NCBI GenBank assembly: GCA_965226795.1
Contig: CBDDDZ010000005.1
Location: 448,001 to 512,000 of the forward strand
Origin: Candidatus Latescibacterota bacterium
GTDB taxonomy: Bacteria; Latescibacterota; UBA2968; GCA-2709665
Length of the DNA: 64,000 nt
Direction of reading: 5' to 3'
The number at the start of each line of letters is the position of its first letter. The stretch's first letter is position 1. A model generated the notes under the pieces. It searched no databases, was not told the origin of the DNA, and was given only the letters and a program-made list of their open reading frames with translations. The position numbers and the translations under genes were made by a program. This document shows, piece after piece, positions 30,644 through 39,926 of this stretch.

Positions 30644-33271
30644 ATGTACGGTCCGCATGGTTCGGTCGTTGACTTTTGTAAAACGGTGTTGCCCCTGTTG
30701 CACGGAAAAACTGACGGCAGACGGGTTCTGGAGGATGTGCGCGCCGTTGTGGCAACGGACCGGTGGAACTCATTCGATCGGTTCTCGGACACCACGGAGT
30801 TTCTGGTCCGCCGTTACGAGGAGTCTGGCGCGAAGGCGGAAGTCCACGCCATGCGGACGGGTGGTTCCATCGGCTCGGGGCGATGGATCATTCATAAGGC
30901 CGCGGATGTGCGTTCCGGGACGATGGACGTGATTCGTCCTGTCAAGACGCGAATTCTGGACTACAAGGAGAACCCCTGGCACGTGATTCAATGGAGCGAC
31001 GCCACCCCGCCCGGCGGAATGGAGAACGAACTGGCTGTCGTGGATTCAAAGGAGGCCCTGAGTCGGATTCCCCGAGACGGTCTGGCCGGGAAGGTTGTGC
31101 TGACGCGAATGAATCCGCGCGGAATGTTGCGATCCTTCGCGGAAGCCGGCGCCGCCGGGGTGGTTATCGATAACCCGGTGCCGAACCTGCCCAACGCGAC
31201 CGCGTGGACGAAATTCGGGTGGGGCGGTGTGCCGATTGAGGACGCGGCGGTTCTGATGGTGGGCCTTGTGCTATCTGAGAACCAGGGTAAACGGCTGCGG
31301 GGGCTGGTCCGGAAGCACGGCGCCCTGACGGTGCGGACGGACGTGGATATTCGGCACTACCAGGGTACTCACGATCAGGTGAGTGGGGTTGTGCCGGGCG
31401 AGGCGGACCCTCAGGATGAAGTGTGGGCGCTCGCGCACAGCGCGGAGCCGGGCGCGATAGACAATGCATCGGGCGTGGCGCTCTGCCTGGAAATCGCACG
31501 CATTCTCGAGGCGTTGATCGCGGACGGCGCGCTGCCCCGGCCCAGACGCACAATCCGCCTGATGAATGCCTACGAATGTCACGGGTTCTTCAAATACCTG
31601 GAAGACGTGCAGCGCCTGCAAACGCCCCTTGCGGGTGTCGTTATCGATACGGTGGGAAGCAAGCCTTCGGTATGCGGAGGACGGCTCGAGTGGCATGCGA
31701 CGATCCCGATGTCGGCTGGCTTTGTGGACCGTTTGGGGGAGGCTATTCTGTCTGAAACGCTCCGCGTGCGAAATCCTGGGTATCGCCTGTTTATGGAGCC
31801 GTTTCAACCCACGTCCGATACGCTGATTGGCGATCCGAAGTATGGATTCCCGTGCCCCTGGCTCACCACTCACCACCAGAAATCGGGCCGGGGATTCGAT
31901 GCTTATCATTCATCCGCCGACACGCCGAGTCTGTTGAGCACGGTGGGGTTGGCGGCGTGCGCAACAGCAATGGCGGGCTATCTGTACTGGCTGGCGGATG
32001 CGGGTGCCGAGAACATCGTCGACGTGGCCGCAGCGGAGACCGCGCGGACGATCGAGCGGGTCCGGCGGGCGAGTCTGTCCGTTGCGCAGGTGGAATATGA
32101 GCGTGAGCAGCATCGGGTGAATCTGAAGGAGCTTCATCGCTGGATGTGGGGCGGAAGCCGCTCGGACGTTCTGAGGCGATTGATGGATTACGAGCGCGAG
32201 GTTCGGGATGCCGCTCAGACCGCGGTGCAGGGCAAAAGGCGCCCTCGTCGCAGACGTACTGAAAGCGGGGACCGGATTCCGAGGCGTACCCGCTTGCTAA
32301 CGCCCATCGGGGAGAACACCCCGCCTGAGATCGCCAGGCGGATCGGAGAGACAGGGCTTTCTCCCTGGGCACTATTCTGGGCGGATGGCAATCGGACGAT
32401 CCAGGAGATTTCGCAGGCCGTGGCGTGCGAGACCGGGAGCGCGGTTAAGGTGGAGCGGGCGATCGCTTATTTCGAGGCCCACGCTGAACTGGGGTACGTA
32501 GAGCTTATGCGGAAGTCGGAACAGGTGACGCGCACGGACCTGGTGGCGGATCTACGGGCGCTGGGGCTGGCGCGGGGCATGGACGTGATGGTGCATAGTT
32601 CCCTGTCGTCGATTGGACACGTGGTGGGTGGCGAGGATACCGTGATCGAGGCTCTGCTGACGGTGATTGGAAAGCGCGGCACACTGATGATGCCGTCGTT
32701 TAACCATCGGGCCGCACAGGTATACAATCCGATGACGACGCCGACGACCAACGGCGCGATTCCCGATGCGTTCTGGCGGCGCCCGGATGCGGTTAGAAGC
32801 GACCATCCCACACACGCGGTGGCTGCCGTGGGGCCCAGGGCCGAGGCCCTTTGCAGGGACCACGGCAAAAAGGGATTGTGGACGCCGGACAGCCCCATCG
32901 GTCAACTCGTTCACGGGAACGGGTACGTCGTGTTGCTGGGGGTCGACCACAATGCCACAACGGCCTACCACGTGGCCGAGCTATCGGTGCCCTGCGGCTG
33001 CATCGACCCGTTTGGCAATACCTACCATGTTGTGATGCCCGGCGGCGGCGTGCGCCTGGTCAAGGGGCTGGCGTTCAGATCAACGCTGTGTCCGGTGCCG
33101 CCCGGGAAACTGAACAGGGCGCTGGATCGCAGAGGCAAGCAGCGCCGTGGAAAAGTTGGCCGGGCCGCCTCGATCTTCGTCCCGGCAATAGAGGTCTGGA
33201 AAGCGCGGCGAGACCATCTTCGGCGGGTATGTCCGACGTGTGACATCAAGCCCAGGATCGTGGAGCCTTAG
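30644..33271 (+). CDS. Fusion: M28/DUF4910-like aminopeptidase + winged-helix-like segment + AAC(3)/YokD N-acetyltransferase
   Basis: AHSAEPGAIDNASG, AYE, SD, YHSSADTP; WADGNRTI.EI; VMVHSSLSSIGHVVGG, GTLMMPSFN, RSDHPTH.VAA.G, LLGV...T.YHVAE. Confidence 0.8.
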   Translation: MYGPHGSVVDFCKTVLPLLHGKTDGRRVLEDVRAVVATDRWNSFDRFSDTTEFLVRRYEESGAKAEVHAMRTGGSIGSGRWIIHKAADVRSGTMDVIRPVKTRILDYKENPWHVIQWSDATPPGGMENELAVVDSKEALSRIPRDGLAGKVVLTRMNPRGMLRSFAEAGAAGVVIDNPVPNLPNATAWTKFGWGGVPIEDAAVLMVGLVLSENQGKRLRGLVRKHGALTVRTDVDIRHYQGTHDQVSGVVPGEADPQDEVWALAHSAEPGAIDNASGVALCLEIARILEALIADGALPRPRRTIRLMNAYECHGFFKYLEDVQRLQTPLAGVVIDTVGSKPSVCGGRLEWHATIPMSAGFVDRLGEAILSETLRVRNPGYRLFMEPFQPTSDTLIGDPKYGFPCPWLTTHHQKSGRGFDAYHSSADTPSLLSTVGLAACATAMAGYLYWLADAGAENIVDVAAAETARTIERVRRASLSVAQVEYEREQHRVNLKELHRWMWGGSRSDVLRRLMDYEREVRDAAQTAVQGKRRPRRRRTESGDRIPRRTRLLTPIGENTPPEIARRIGETGLSPWALFWADGNRTIQEISQAVACETGSAVKVERAIAYFEAHAELGYVELMRKSEQVTRTDLVADLRALGLARGMDVMVHSSLSSIGHVVGGEDTVIEALLTVIGKRGTLMMPSFNHRAAQVYNPMTTPTTNGAIPDAFWRRPDAVRSDHPTHAVAAVGPRAEALCRDHGKKGLWTPDSPIGQLVHGNGYVVLLGVDHNATTAYHVAELSVPCGCIDPFGNTYHVVMPGGGVRLVKGLAFRSTLCPVPPGKLNRALDRRGKQRRGKVGRAASIFVPAIEVWKARRDHLRRVCPTCDIKPRIVEP

Positions 33272-33388
33272 ACGCGCAGACCGATGAGACCGGACTGATG
33301 TGGCCGCGCGCGCAGGGAAAGGTCCAAGAGACCCGGCGCCGCCAACCTGATGCGCCTGACAACGAAACTCGGGATGGTGTCCGACACC

Positions 33389-33484
33389 GGGTGTTCTACA
33401 CCGGAGATAGATTGCCGAAATTCGGCCGCCGAGATCGGAGTAATCGGCGGAGGAACGATGATATAGTTCTGGGACAGAGCACTT
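33389..33484 (-). mobile_element. MITE-like family, internally deleted copy retaining both TIRs
   Basis: Ends GGGTGTTCTACACCGGAGATAGAT and ATATAGTTCTGGGACAGAGCACTT; both halves align to the two ends of 34794-34944. Confidence 0.7.
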
Positions 33485-33500
33485 TAGAGGATTGTCTGCG

Positions 33501-34796
33501 ATGAATACGGTTCGATCCACAGCGCTATTTGAAACGAGTTCCCGCTACCTCGCGATGGGTGTGTCTTCCGGGATGAGACGCGCTGTGACGTCGCCGCCGC
33601 TGTTCTTTGAGCGTGCCGAGGGGCCGTACTACTTTGACGTGGACGGGAACAGATTGCTGGATTATACACTTGCGTGGGGGCCGTTGATCCTCGGGTCGAA
33701 TCACCCGGAGTTGAACGCGGCGGTGACGGCGGCGGTTCAGAATTCATACACCCTGGGCGCCCAGCATCCGGGCGAGGTAGCGTTCGCGAAACTGCTGGTG
33801 GAAACGCTGCCGGGCGTGGACCAGGTAATTTTTTCCAATACGGGCTCTGAGGCGGTTCAGGCGGCTCTGCGGCTTGCCCGTGCGGCAACCGGACGGAGCA
33901 AGTTTGTCAAATTCGAGGGGCATTACCACGGATGGTTGAACAATATTCTGGTGAGTTACCACGAGTCCGACGAAGCACTTGGCGCTCAGGAGGCCCCCAG
34001 GGTTGTTGGCGCGTGCGGCGGACAGCCGGCGGCCGAATACGCGGAGACCATCACGTTGCCCTGGAACCGCCTGGATCTGTTGAAAAAACTGTTCGCCGAA
34101 CGGGGTGCGGATATTGCAGCGGTGATCACCGAGCCGGTGCTGGCCAACTCCGGATCCATCATGCCTGCGGAGGGGTTCCTGAAGGGGTTGGTCGATCTGT
34201 GTCGAACGAATGGTGCGGTATCGATATTTGACGAGGTTATTACCGGATTTCGACTTGCCCTGGGCGGCGCACGGGAATATTTCGACGTTATCCCCGATCT
34301 CTCGGTCTACGCAAAGGCGTTGGCCGGCGGCTTTACACTTTCCGCGGTGGCTGGGTCTCGGGGGATGTTCGACGTGCTCCGGGATGGCGCGACGATCCAC
34401 GCGGGAACCTATAACGGTAGCACGGTCAATCTTGCCGCCGGGCTTTCGACGGTCAGGGTCCTGAGCGCCAATCCCCGGGCTTTCCACCAGATGCATGCGC
34501 ATGGGTATGCGATTCGTGAGGCAATTCAAGCGGCCGCGGCTTCCACGGGTATCCCGGTTTGCATTTCGGGAGTGGGCACGGTCTTTAACGTCCATTTTGG
34601 CGTTCAGTCACTGCCCGTGCACTATCGGGACCTGAAAGCGACGGATATGGCGCTTTACACGCGGTTCCGGGCGGGCATGCTGGAGGCGGGCATTCAATTG
34701 TTGCCCGATGGCCGCTGGTACGTGGGACTGACTCATGGAGAAGAGGAATTGAATATGGTGCGCGCAGCGGTACGGTCGGTCGTTGCCGCGCTCTAG
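33501..34796 (+). CDS. Class III PLP aminotransferase (GSA aminomutase-like)
   Basis: GVSS, DVDGN..LDY..WGPLILG, NTGSEA, KFEGHYHG, FDEVITGFR, AKALAGG, HAGTYNG. Confidence 0.9.
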   Translation: MNTVRSTALFETSSRYLAMGVSSGMRRAVTSPPLFFERAEGPYYFDVDGNRLLDYTLAWGPLILGSNHPELNAAVTAAVQNSYTLGAQHPGEVAFAKLLVETLPGVDQVIFSNTGSEAVQAALRLARAATGRSKFVKFEGHYHGWLNNILVSYHESDEALGAQEAPRVVGACGGQPAAEYAETITLPWNRLDLLKKLFAERGADIAAVITEPVLANSGSIMPAEGFLKGLVDLCRTNGAVSIFDEVITGFRLALGGAREYFDVIPDLSVYAKALAGGFTLSAVAGSRGMFDVLRDGATIHAGTYNGSTVNLAAGLSTVRVLSANPRAFHQMHAHGYAIREAIQAAAASTGIPVCISGVGTVFNVHFGVQSLPVHYRDLKATDMALYTRFRAGMLEAGIQLLPDGRWYVGLTHGEEELNMVRAAVRSVVAAL

Positions 34797-34944
34797 TGTC
34801 CTTTCCCATAAATATATCGACATTCTTCCACCGATTCATCACGCCTCGCTGCGTTGGGCCGACCTTGCGCAGGTCGCAGGCACCTTGCCAGCCGGGCGAC
34901 TCGTCGGCCGAATTGAGGCAATCTATTTCCGGGACAGACCACTG
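34794..34944 (+). mobile_element. MITE-like element, apparently full length (about 151 bp)
   Basis: Imperfect TIRs CTAGTGTCCTTTCCCATAAATATAT vs reverse complement CCAGTGGTCTGTCCCGGAAATAGAT (18/25); internal hairpin CGACCT..AGGTCG; no ORF; related copies elsewhere in the window. Confidence 0.72.
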
Positions 34945-34983
34945 GGCCGGTCTGCGCCTGCTGGATTTACAGGGTCAAAAGCC

Positions 34984-35012
34984 TTGACAACGCGGAGGCG
35001 TTGTGGTAAAAT
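34984..35012 (+). promoter_or_regulatory. Sigma-70 promoter for the UvrB/C-motif gene and hflX
   Basis: TTGACA-N17-TAAAAT with TG extended -10. Confidence 0.75.
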
Positions 35013-35086
35013 CACAAAGGAGCCGCGCATAACGGTTCTTTCGCGAATTGCAATTCGCTCAGATGAAAATCCGGAGGATAACATAA

Positions 35087-35863
35087 ATGGGGATGGACGA
35101 CATTCAACCTCTTCTGGATAGCTGGCCATACGAGCCCGATAAACTCTGTGTCAGGAGAATCAAGGGGAGGGATGGCCAGGAAAAAATCCAACTCCGGGTG
35201 GAGATGGGGATATTGCAGATGGAAGTCGAGGGCCGCCCCGACGGGCAGCGTCCCCACGGATATGAGTCGTTGCTCCATTACTACAAAGCAATGGTGCGGG
35301 CGTCGTTGCGGGATTCCAAGTCATTCAACCTCGATCCCGATGTCTGCCTTGCACTTCAGGTTGAAGGACTCCAGTATTACCATCGGCGGATCAGCTTTCT
35401 GGAACTGGGACAATATCGACTTGCCCAGGAGGACGCTCAGCGAAACCTCGACATGTTTGACTTCGTCAAGGAATACGCGCGCGAAGAAGAAGATAGTATG
35501 GTTCTAGAGCAATACAGACCGTTCGTGATCGGGCATCGCGTGCGTGCGGTGGTTCTGCAGGAATTGGAGGCGGAGAATTTCGATCGGGCGCTCCTGGAAA
35601 TTAATAGCGGCATTGAAGAGATCCAGGGCTTTTTCAAAGAGTACGACCGGCCCGACCTGGTGGAAGACAGCGAAGAGGTGGTATTCTTGAAGGAATGGGC
35701 TGAAGAGATTCACAAGGATCGGCCCAGACCTCTGTTTCAAGACCTCAAGGAGCAACTCAGCGAGGCTGTTGCCATTGAAGATTTCGAACGGGCCGCGAAG
35801 CTTCGGGATCAGCTCCAAACGCTTTCCTCCGGGGCAGACCAAAAATCCGGATCCCGCAAATAG
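35087..35863 (+). CDS. UvrB/UvrC-motif-containing protein
   Basis: N-terminal W.YEP..VR.I.G.DG..KIQLRV.MG.LQME..GRPDG; C-terminal AVAIEDFERAAKLRDQL. Confidence 0.8.
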   Translation: MGMDDIQPLLDSWPYEPDKLCVRRIKGRDGQEKIQLRVEMGILQMEVEGRPDGQRPHGYESLLHYYKAMVRASLRDSKSFNLDPDVCLALQVEGLQYYHRRISFLELGQYRLAQEDAQRNLDMFDFVKEYAREEEDSMVLEQYRPFVIGHRVRAVVLQELEAENFDRALLEINSGIEEIQGFFKEYDRPDLVEDSEEVVFLKEWAEEIHKDRPRPLFQDLKEQLSEAVAIEDFERAAKLRDQLQTLSSGADQKSGSRK

Positions 35864-35911
35864 GGCCCGTCGCCCGGCACACCGGAACCTGTTCGGAAAG
35901 GGATTCATCTA

Positions 35912-37240
35912 TTGGCAGGGCATGAGGTAATTACAGCCAGGGAGCCGGAACGCGCGATTCTGGTGGGGATGGCGCTTCCGGGCAATTCATCCTGGGATAC
36001 TAACGACACGTTGAATGAACTTGCGTTGCTCGCCGATACGGCCGGCGCGCAGGTTGTGGACCGGATGGTGCAGGAGCGAGAAAGCATCGATCCGGCTTTT
36101 TTTATTGGCCGGGGCAAGGCTGAGGAACTTGCGCTCCGTGTGAAGCAGATGAATGCACAGGTGGTGATTTTCGACGATGACCTGTCACCTGCCCAGTTCA
36201 AGAATTTGGAGGAACTGGCGGGAGTCAACGTAATCGACAGGAGCCGGCTGATTCTGGACATTTTCGCCGTTAGGGCGAAAACTCGCGAGGCCCAGACCCA
36301 GGTGGAGTTGGCACAGCTCAATTATCTGTTGCCGCGTCTGACGCGTCGATGGACGCATCTGTCGCGCCAGGCCGGCCACGGCGGGACCACAGGCGGAATA
36401 GGAACACGGGGCCCTGGAGAGACTCAGTTGGAGGTGGACCGCCGGGCACTGCGGAGTCGGATCGGGGTATTGACCAAGGCGCTGAAAAGGATCGCCCGGC
36501 GGCGTGTGCTGGGGCGAAAACAGCGTGCGGATACATTCCGTATTTCCCTGGTGGGCTATACAAATGCCGGAAAATCAACGCTTATGCGCGCGCTTTCCGG
36601 CGCGGACGTGCTGGTGGAGGACCGCCTGTTTGCAACGCTGGACTCAACGACCCGCAGAGTATACCTGGGGTATAATCGGGAGATTTTACTTTCCGACACG
36701 GTCGGGTTTATTCGAAAACTGCCCCATCACCTTGTCGCCTCGTTCAGAAGCACTCTCGAGGAGGTGGTGGACGCGGATCTGCTATTGCACGTTGTCGATG
36801 TGAGCCATCCCAAATGCAGGGAGCAGATTGCGGCGGTGAATGAAACGCTCCAGGGACTGGGTATTGCAGAGTACCCGACGTTGATGGCCTTCAACAAGAT
36901 CGACCGGTTTCACGATCCTGGAATGCAGAGGCATATGCAGGCCGAGTTTCCCGACGGCATCTGGATCTCGGCTCAAGAGGACCAGGGGTTGGACGATCTG
37001 CGATTGGCGATTTACGACCGGCTCGAGGGCGAGCGCACCCTGATGGATTTGCGCATTCCCCAGTCGGAAGGCAAACTGCTTTCGGAGTTGTATCGTGTGG
37101 GCGAAATTCTAAGTACGGCCTATGAAGGAAACGATGTGTTTCTGGAGGTCAAGCTGAACCATGAGAACGCCAGGCGGCTCTTGCCTGACGGGAAATTTCG
37201 GATCAAGCGGCGAATTGAAAATCTGCCGGTCCGGCCGTAA
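35912..37240 (+). CDS. hflX: GTPase HflX
   Basis: ILDIFA.RA.TREA..QVELAQL.Y.LPRL, GPGETQLEVDRR, GYTNAGKST, DTVGFI, NKID. Confidence 0.96.
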   Translation: MAGHEVITAREPERAILVGMALPGNSSWDTNDTLNELALLADTAGAQVVDRMVQERESIDPAFFIGRGKAEELALRVKQMNAQVVIFDDDLSPAQFKNLEELAGVNVIDRSRLILDIFAVRAKTREAQTQVELAQLNYLLPRLTRRWTHLSRQAGHGGTTGGIGTRGPGETQLEVDRRALRSRIGVLTKALKRIARRRVLGRKQRADTFRISLVGYTNAGKSTLMRALSGADVLVEDRLFATLDSTTRRVYLGYNREILLSDTVGFIRKLPHHLVASFRSTLEEVVDADLLLHVVDVSHPKCREQIAAVNETLQGLGIAEYPTLMAFNKIDRFHDPGMQRHMQAEFPDGIWISAQEDQGLDDLRLAIYDRLEGERTLMDLRIPQSEGKLLSELYRVGEILSTAYEGNDVFLEVKLNHENARRLLPDGKFRIKRRIENLPVRP

Positions 37241-37290
37241 TCCGGTTCGAAAGCCGGATTTCAGCGTTGATGTATGTACCTGGCCAAATT

Positions 37291-37332
37291 AAACAGGCGT
37301 TTGCGGAAAGGAACCGCGAACGCCTGTTTTTT
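37291..37332. terminator. Bidirectional intrinsic terminator (hflX / bactofilin)
   Basis: AAACAGGCGTTTGCGG...CCGCGAACGCCTGTTTTTT. Confidence 0.8.
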
Positions 37333-37366
37333 CTGTAGAACCGTTATATGTGGATGCGCCGGACGA

Positions 37367-37789
37367 TTAGTTCGGCGTTGCTTCATCTGTTTCGGCAGAG
37401 GGGGGCTCCTGTGTGTCGACCACCGATGAAGGCTCATTTTTTTCTCCGGCGGCGCACTTACCCTTGATGATGGCCCCTTCTTCCACGACGATCGAACGTG
37501 CGGCGATGTCTCCCGTAAAGACGGCACTCGCTTCCAGCTTGACACTTCCTTCTGCTACCAGTTTGCCCGTGACTTCACCGCCTATCACCGCGTCGCGTAC
37601 CCGAACGATTTCTGCTTCCACTTTTCCGGTAGGACCGATGACAAGGGTGCCTGACGCATGCAGTTCGCCTTTTAGCGTCCCATCCAACCGGATGCTTTCT
37701 TCGGTTCTTACAGATCCTTCCATAACCGTGTTTATGCCTATCACCGTCTTGATGGCTTCCTTTTCCAATTTTTGTTTGAACGCCAACAT
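37367..37789 (-). CDS. Bactofilin (polymer-forming cytoskeletal protein)
   Basis: TVIG....EG...IRLDG.LKG, LVIGPTGKV, IGGEV.G, V.GDI.A.SIVVEEGA...G. Confidence 0.88.
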   Translation of the reverse strand: MLAFKQKLEKEAIKTVIGINTVMEGSVRTEESIRLDGTLKGELHASGTLVIGPTGKVEAEIVRVRDAVIGGEVTGKLVAEGSVKLEASAVFTGDIAARSIVVEEGAIIKGKCAAGEKNEPSSVVDTQEPPSAETDEATPN

Positions 37790-37935
37790 ACCGATATCCG
37801 TTTTTGGGTGTTTCCTTTGTTCAGGATGATTGTCTTACGGGTTTGGGGTTCACCGCTTTCCGGAACCCCGCAATGGGGGGATGGTCCGGTGAAAAGACTG
37901 AAGGATCCAACTGATTTTAAGCGGATATCCCGAAT

Positions 37936-38382
37936 TCATCTGGCGTCTACGGAATCTCGAGGTGACCCGGAAGAGCGCTTCGCTGCGTTGGCGACGGCCG
38001 TGCCGTCATTTCCATTCTCCGCCTGGCGTCCGGATGGCATTGGATTCGGATAGGCGGCCGGCGCCAAACCGCCGTTGGGCAACAGCATCTGACGCAGTTT
38101 CTGATCGGTTCCCTGGATTCGCCTGAGAGTGAGTGCCAGTTCTTCAATGCGGGCGACTTCCGCGTTCAGCCGGATGTTTTCTTCCTTGTGTGTCTGTGCC
38201 GATTGTCTCCACTCTTGAACCTTCCAGAAAAAGGCAAGTTCCAGGGCCAGCAGTACTAGCAGCAGGACAAGGGTGCCGGCCGCCGCCCTCAGCGGCCAGT
38301 AGCCGAGCTTGAAAACCACGGTGCGCGAACTGTCATCGGGAACAAACAGAACGGATATGTTCCTGCGGCGTTGTCTGGCCAC
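37936..38382 (-). CDS. Membrane-anchored coiled-coil protein resembling an M23 peptidase N-terminus without the catalytic domain
   Basis: ISVLFVPD, TM helix, EEN..L coiled coil; GGAAGGAG RBS; directly upstream of bactofilin. Confidence 0.6.
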   Translation of the reverse strand: MARQRRRNISVLFVPDDSSRTVVFKLGYWPLRAAAGTLVLLLVLLALELAFFWKVQEWRQSAQTHKEENIRLNAEVARIEELALTLRRIQGTDQKLRQMLLPNGGLAPAAYPNPMPSGRQAENGNDGTAVANAAKRSSGSPRDSVDAR

Positions 38383-38724
38383 CCGTGAGGTCTCCTTCCC
38401 GGAAAAATTCAGACTCCAACCTGTAATCGTCAGTTGTCGGGTTCGGCAGGCAACGGTTGGCGTTGAATCCGGCGTTAGTTTGGGTTACCGGGGGTTTCAC
38501 CGGTGGCGAGCCCCTTTGACCCCCACTGAGTTAGCCTTGATCCATCATATCTGAGCGACATTGGCTTGGATTTATCCGCAAGAACGCAGGCGATTTTATA
38601 TCAAGGAGTACGTGATTCTATGGTTCACCTGATGTGAACGGAGAAACAGCGTATTTCAATGGAAGAAATATCTGATTTCTCCCGGCCCTGACCATGCTGC
38701 CGACTTTATGTTTTTGACGACTCA

Positions 38725-38753
38725 AGGTTAGGCCCTGGGCTTCCCTTTGTCAA
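38725..38753 (-). promoter_or_regulatory. Sigma-70-like promoter
   Basis: TTGACA-N17-TAACCT on the minus strand. Confidence 0.5.
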
Positions 38754-38835
38754 GCGATTTCAGACGGGGGCGCCGCCCGATGACGGCGATTGTTCTCCAG
38801 GGTGCCGATCGGTGTCCCTGACCGGATGTTACCAT

Positions 38836-39009
38836 TCAAACGCGTTTCTGCAGAAGCCAGCCTGCCGCGAACATCAGACCGCCGAGGATTGCAAAGCGTA
38901 CCTCCCGGCCGATGTCCTCTTCGTATAGACCGACAAACAGGCCGTACCCCATATAGATGAGACCGGCAAGTTGAAGGGTGCGGGCAAGCAGGCGCATTGG
39001 AAACCCCAT
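38836..39009 (-). CDS. Small two-TM membrane protein
   Basis: GGAGGTGAGG RBS; two hydrophobic helices; upstream TTGACA-N17-TAATGT (39081-39109). Confidence 0.65.
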   Translation of the reverse strand: MGFPMRLLARTLQLAGLIYMGYGLFVGLYEEDIGREVRFAILGGLMFAAGWLLQKRV

Positions 39010-39418
39010 CCTCACCTCCTCCCGTCCCATCCGCGTTTCGCGACGGTAGATTCGGCGAAGGCGTGCCGTCTACACTTCAAACATTAAGAAATCGCCGTCA
39101 ATCTGTCAATAGGCCAAGCCATCATCGCGGTTGAATCCGGCGCTATCGAGTTCGGCGAAACCCAAAACGCCGGTCCCCGACGAATGACAGGACATCCAGC
39201 AACAGTCGAAGTCCGGCTTCCCAACCGTGTTGAGGCGCCAGGAAACGCAAGCCAGCCGAATGAAGGCTTGCGAAACGATCCCCACATGGAAGAACAATAG
39301 CCGACATCGCAAGATATCGGCTTTCGATTGCGTGGGCCGCAGATGGCGATATGACCGCCCGGCGTTATTGTTTTCCGCTACACGGTATAGAAAGGCGGCG
39401 CCGGACGCCAGGTTGTGG

Positions 39419-39883
39419 CTAAAACGCTTTGTTAAGGTTTAATCGGACGCCTCTGCGGTTGAGGTCTCCATTCACGGCAAGGCCTATGCCTCTCATTTCG
39501 ACCACGTTGTTTCTCACTTCGGGAGGTGGGAGGTCCTCTGCTTCATCCGACAGAAAGACGTGGACCGAGTACGCCAGGGTGCCGACGCCGAGGCCGAGCA
39601 TGATGGCGGCCCTGGTGTCACCGGATCTACTTTCGCTGTAAAGTTCACCCGCAGTTTGGGATGATGTTGTGGTTCTGTATCGCTCGAATGAGTCGTCCGC
39701 GTCCTTCCTGGCTGCGTGTGCCTCCTTGAAGAACCAGATGCTCGCCCCGAGTGACAGCGTTCCGTAGAGTTTTTTGGAATAGAGGAAATCTTTCTTTTTC
39801 TTCTGCGCCTGCACCGGAACCGCCGAAAGTATCAGCATGGTGACGGCAACGGCGAGTGCGCAAACCCGGGTACGGTTCTCCAT
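39419..39883 (-). CDS. Hypothetical exported/membrane protein
   Basis: Signal peptide (AVPVQA), GGAGG RBS, C-terminal Phe; follows the TolC gene. Confidence 0.65.
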   Translation of the reverse strand: MENRTRVCALAVAVTMLILSAVPVQAQKKKKDFLYSKKLYGTLSLGASIWFFKEAHAARKDADDSFERYRTTTSSQTAGELYSESRSGDTRAAIMLGLGVGTLAYSVHVFLSDEAEDLPPPEVRNNVVEMRGIGLAVNGDLNRRGVRLNLNKAF

Positions 39884-39926
39884 AAAATCCTCCCCAGAAC
39901 TTATCTACCTTTACCGCGGTTTCCGT

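Noticed and set aside
32520..33271. Aminoglycoside resistance gene
   Set aside because: The AAC(3)-fold domain is fused to a peptidase in a metabolic context, and family membership alone does not show resistance.
33501..34796. hemL assignment
   Set aside because: It is GSA-aminomutase-like, but there are no neighbouring hem genes and motifs diverge (GVSSGMR, HAGTYNG), so the symbol was withheld.
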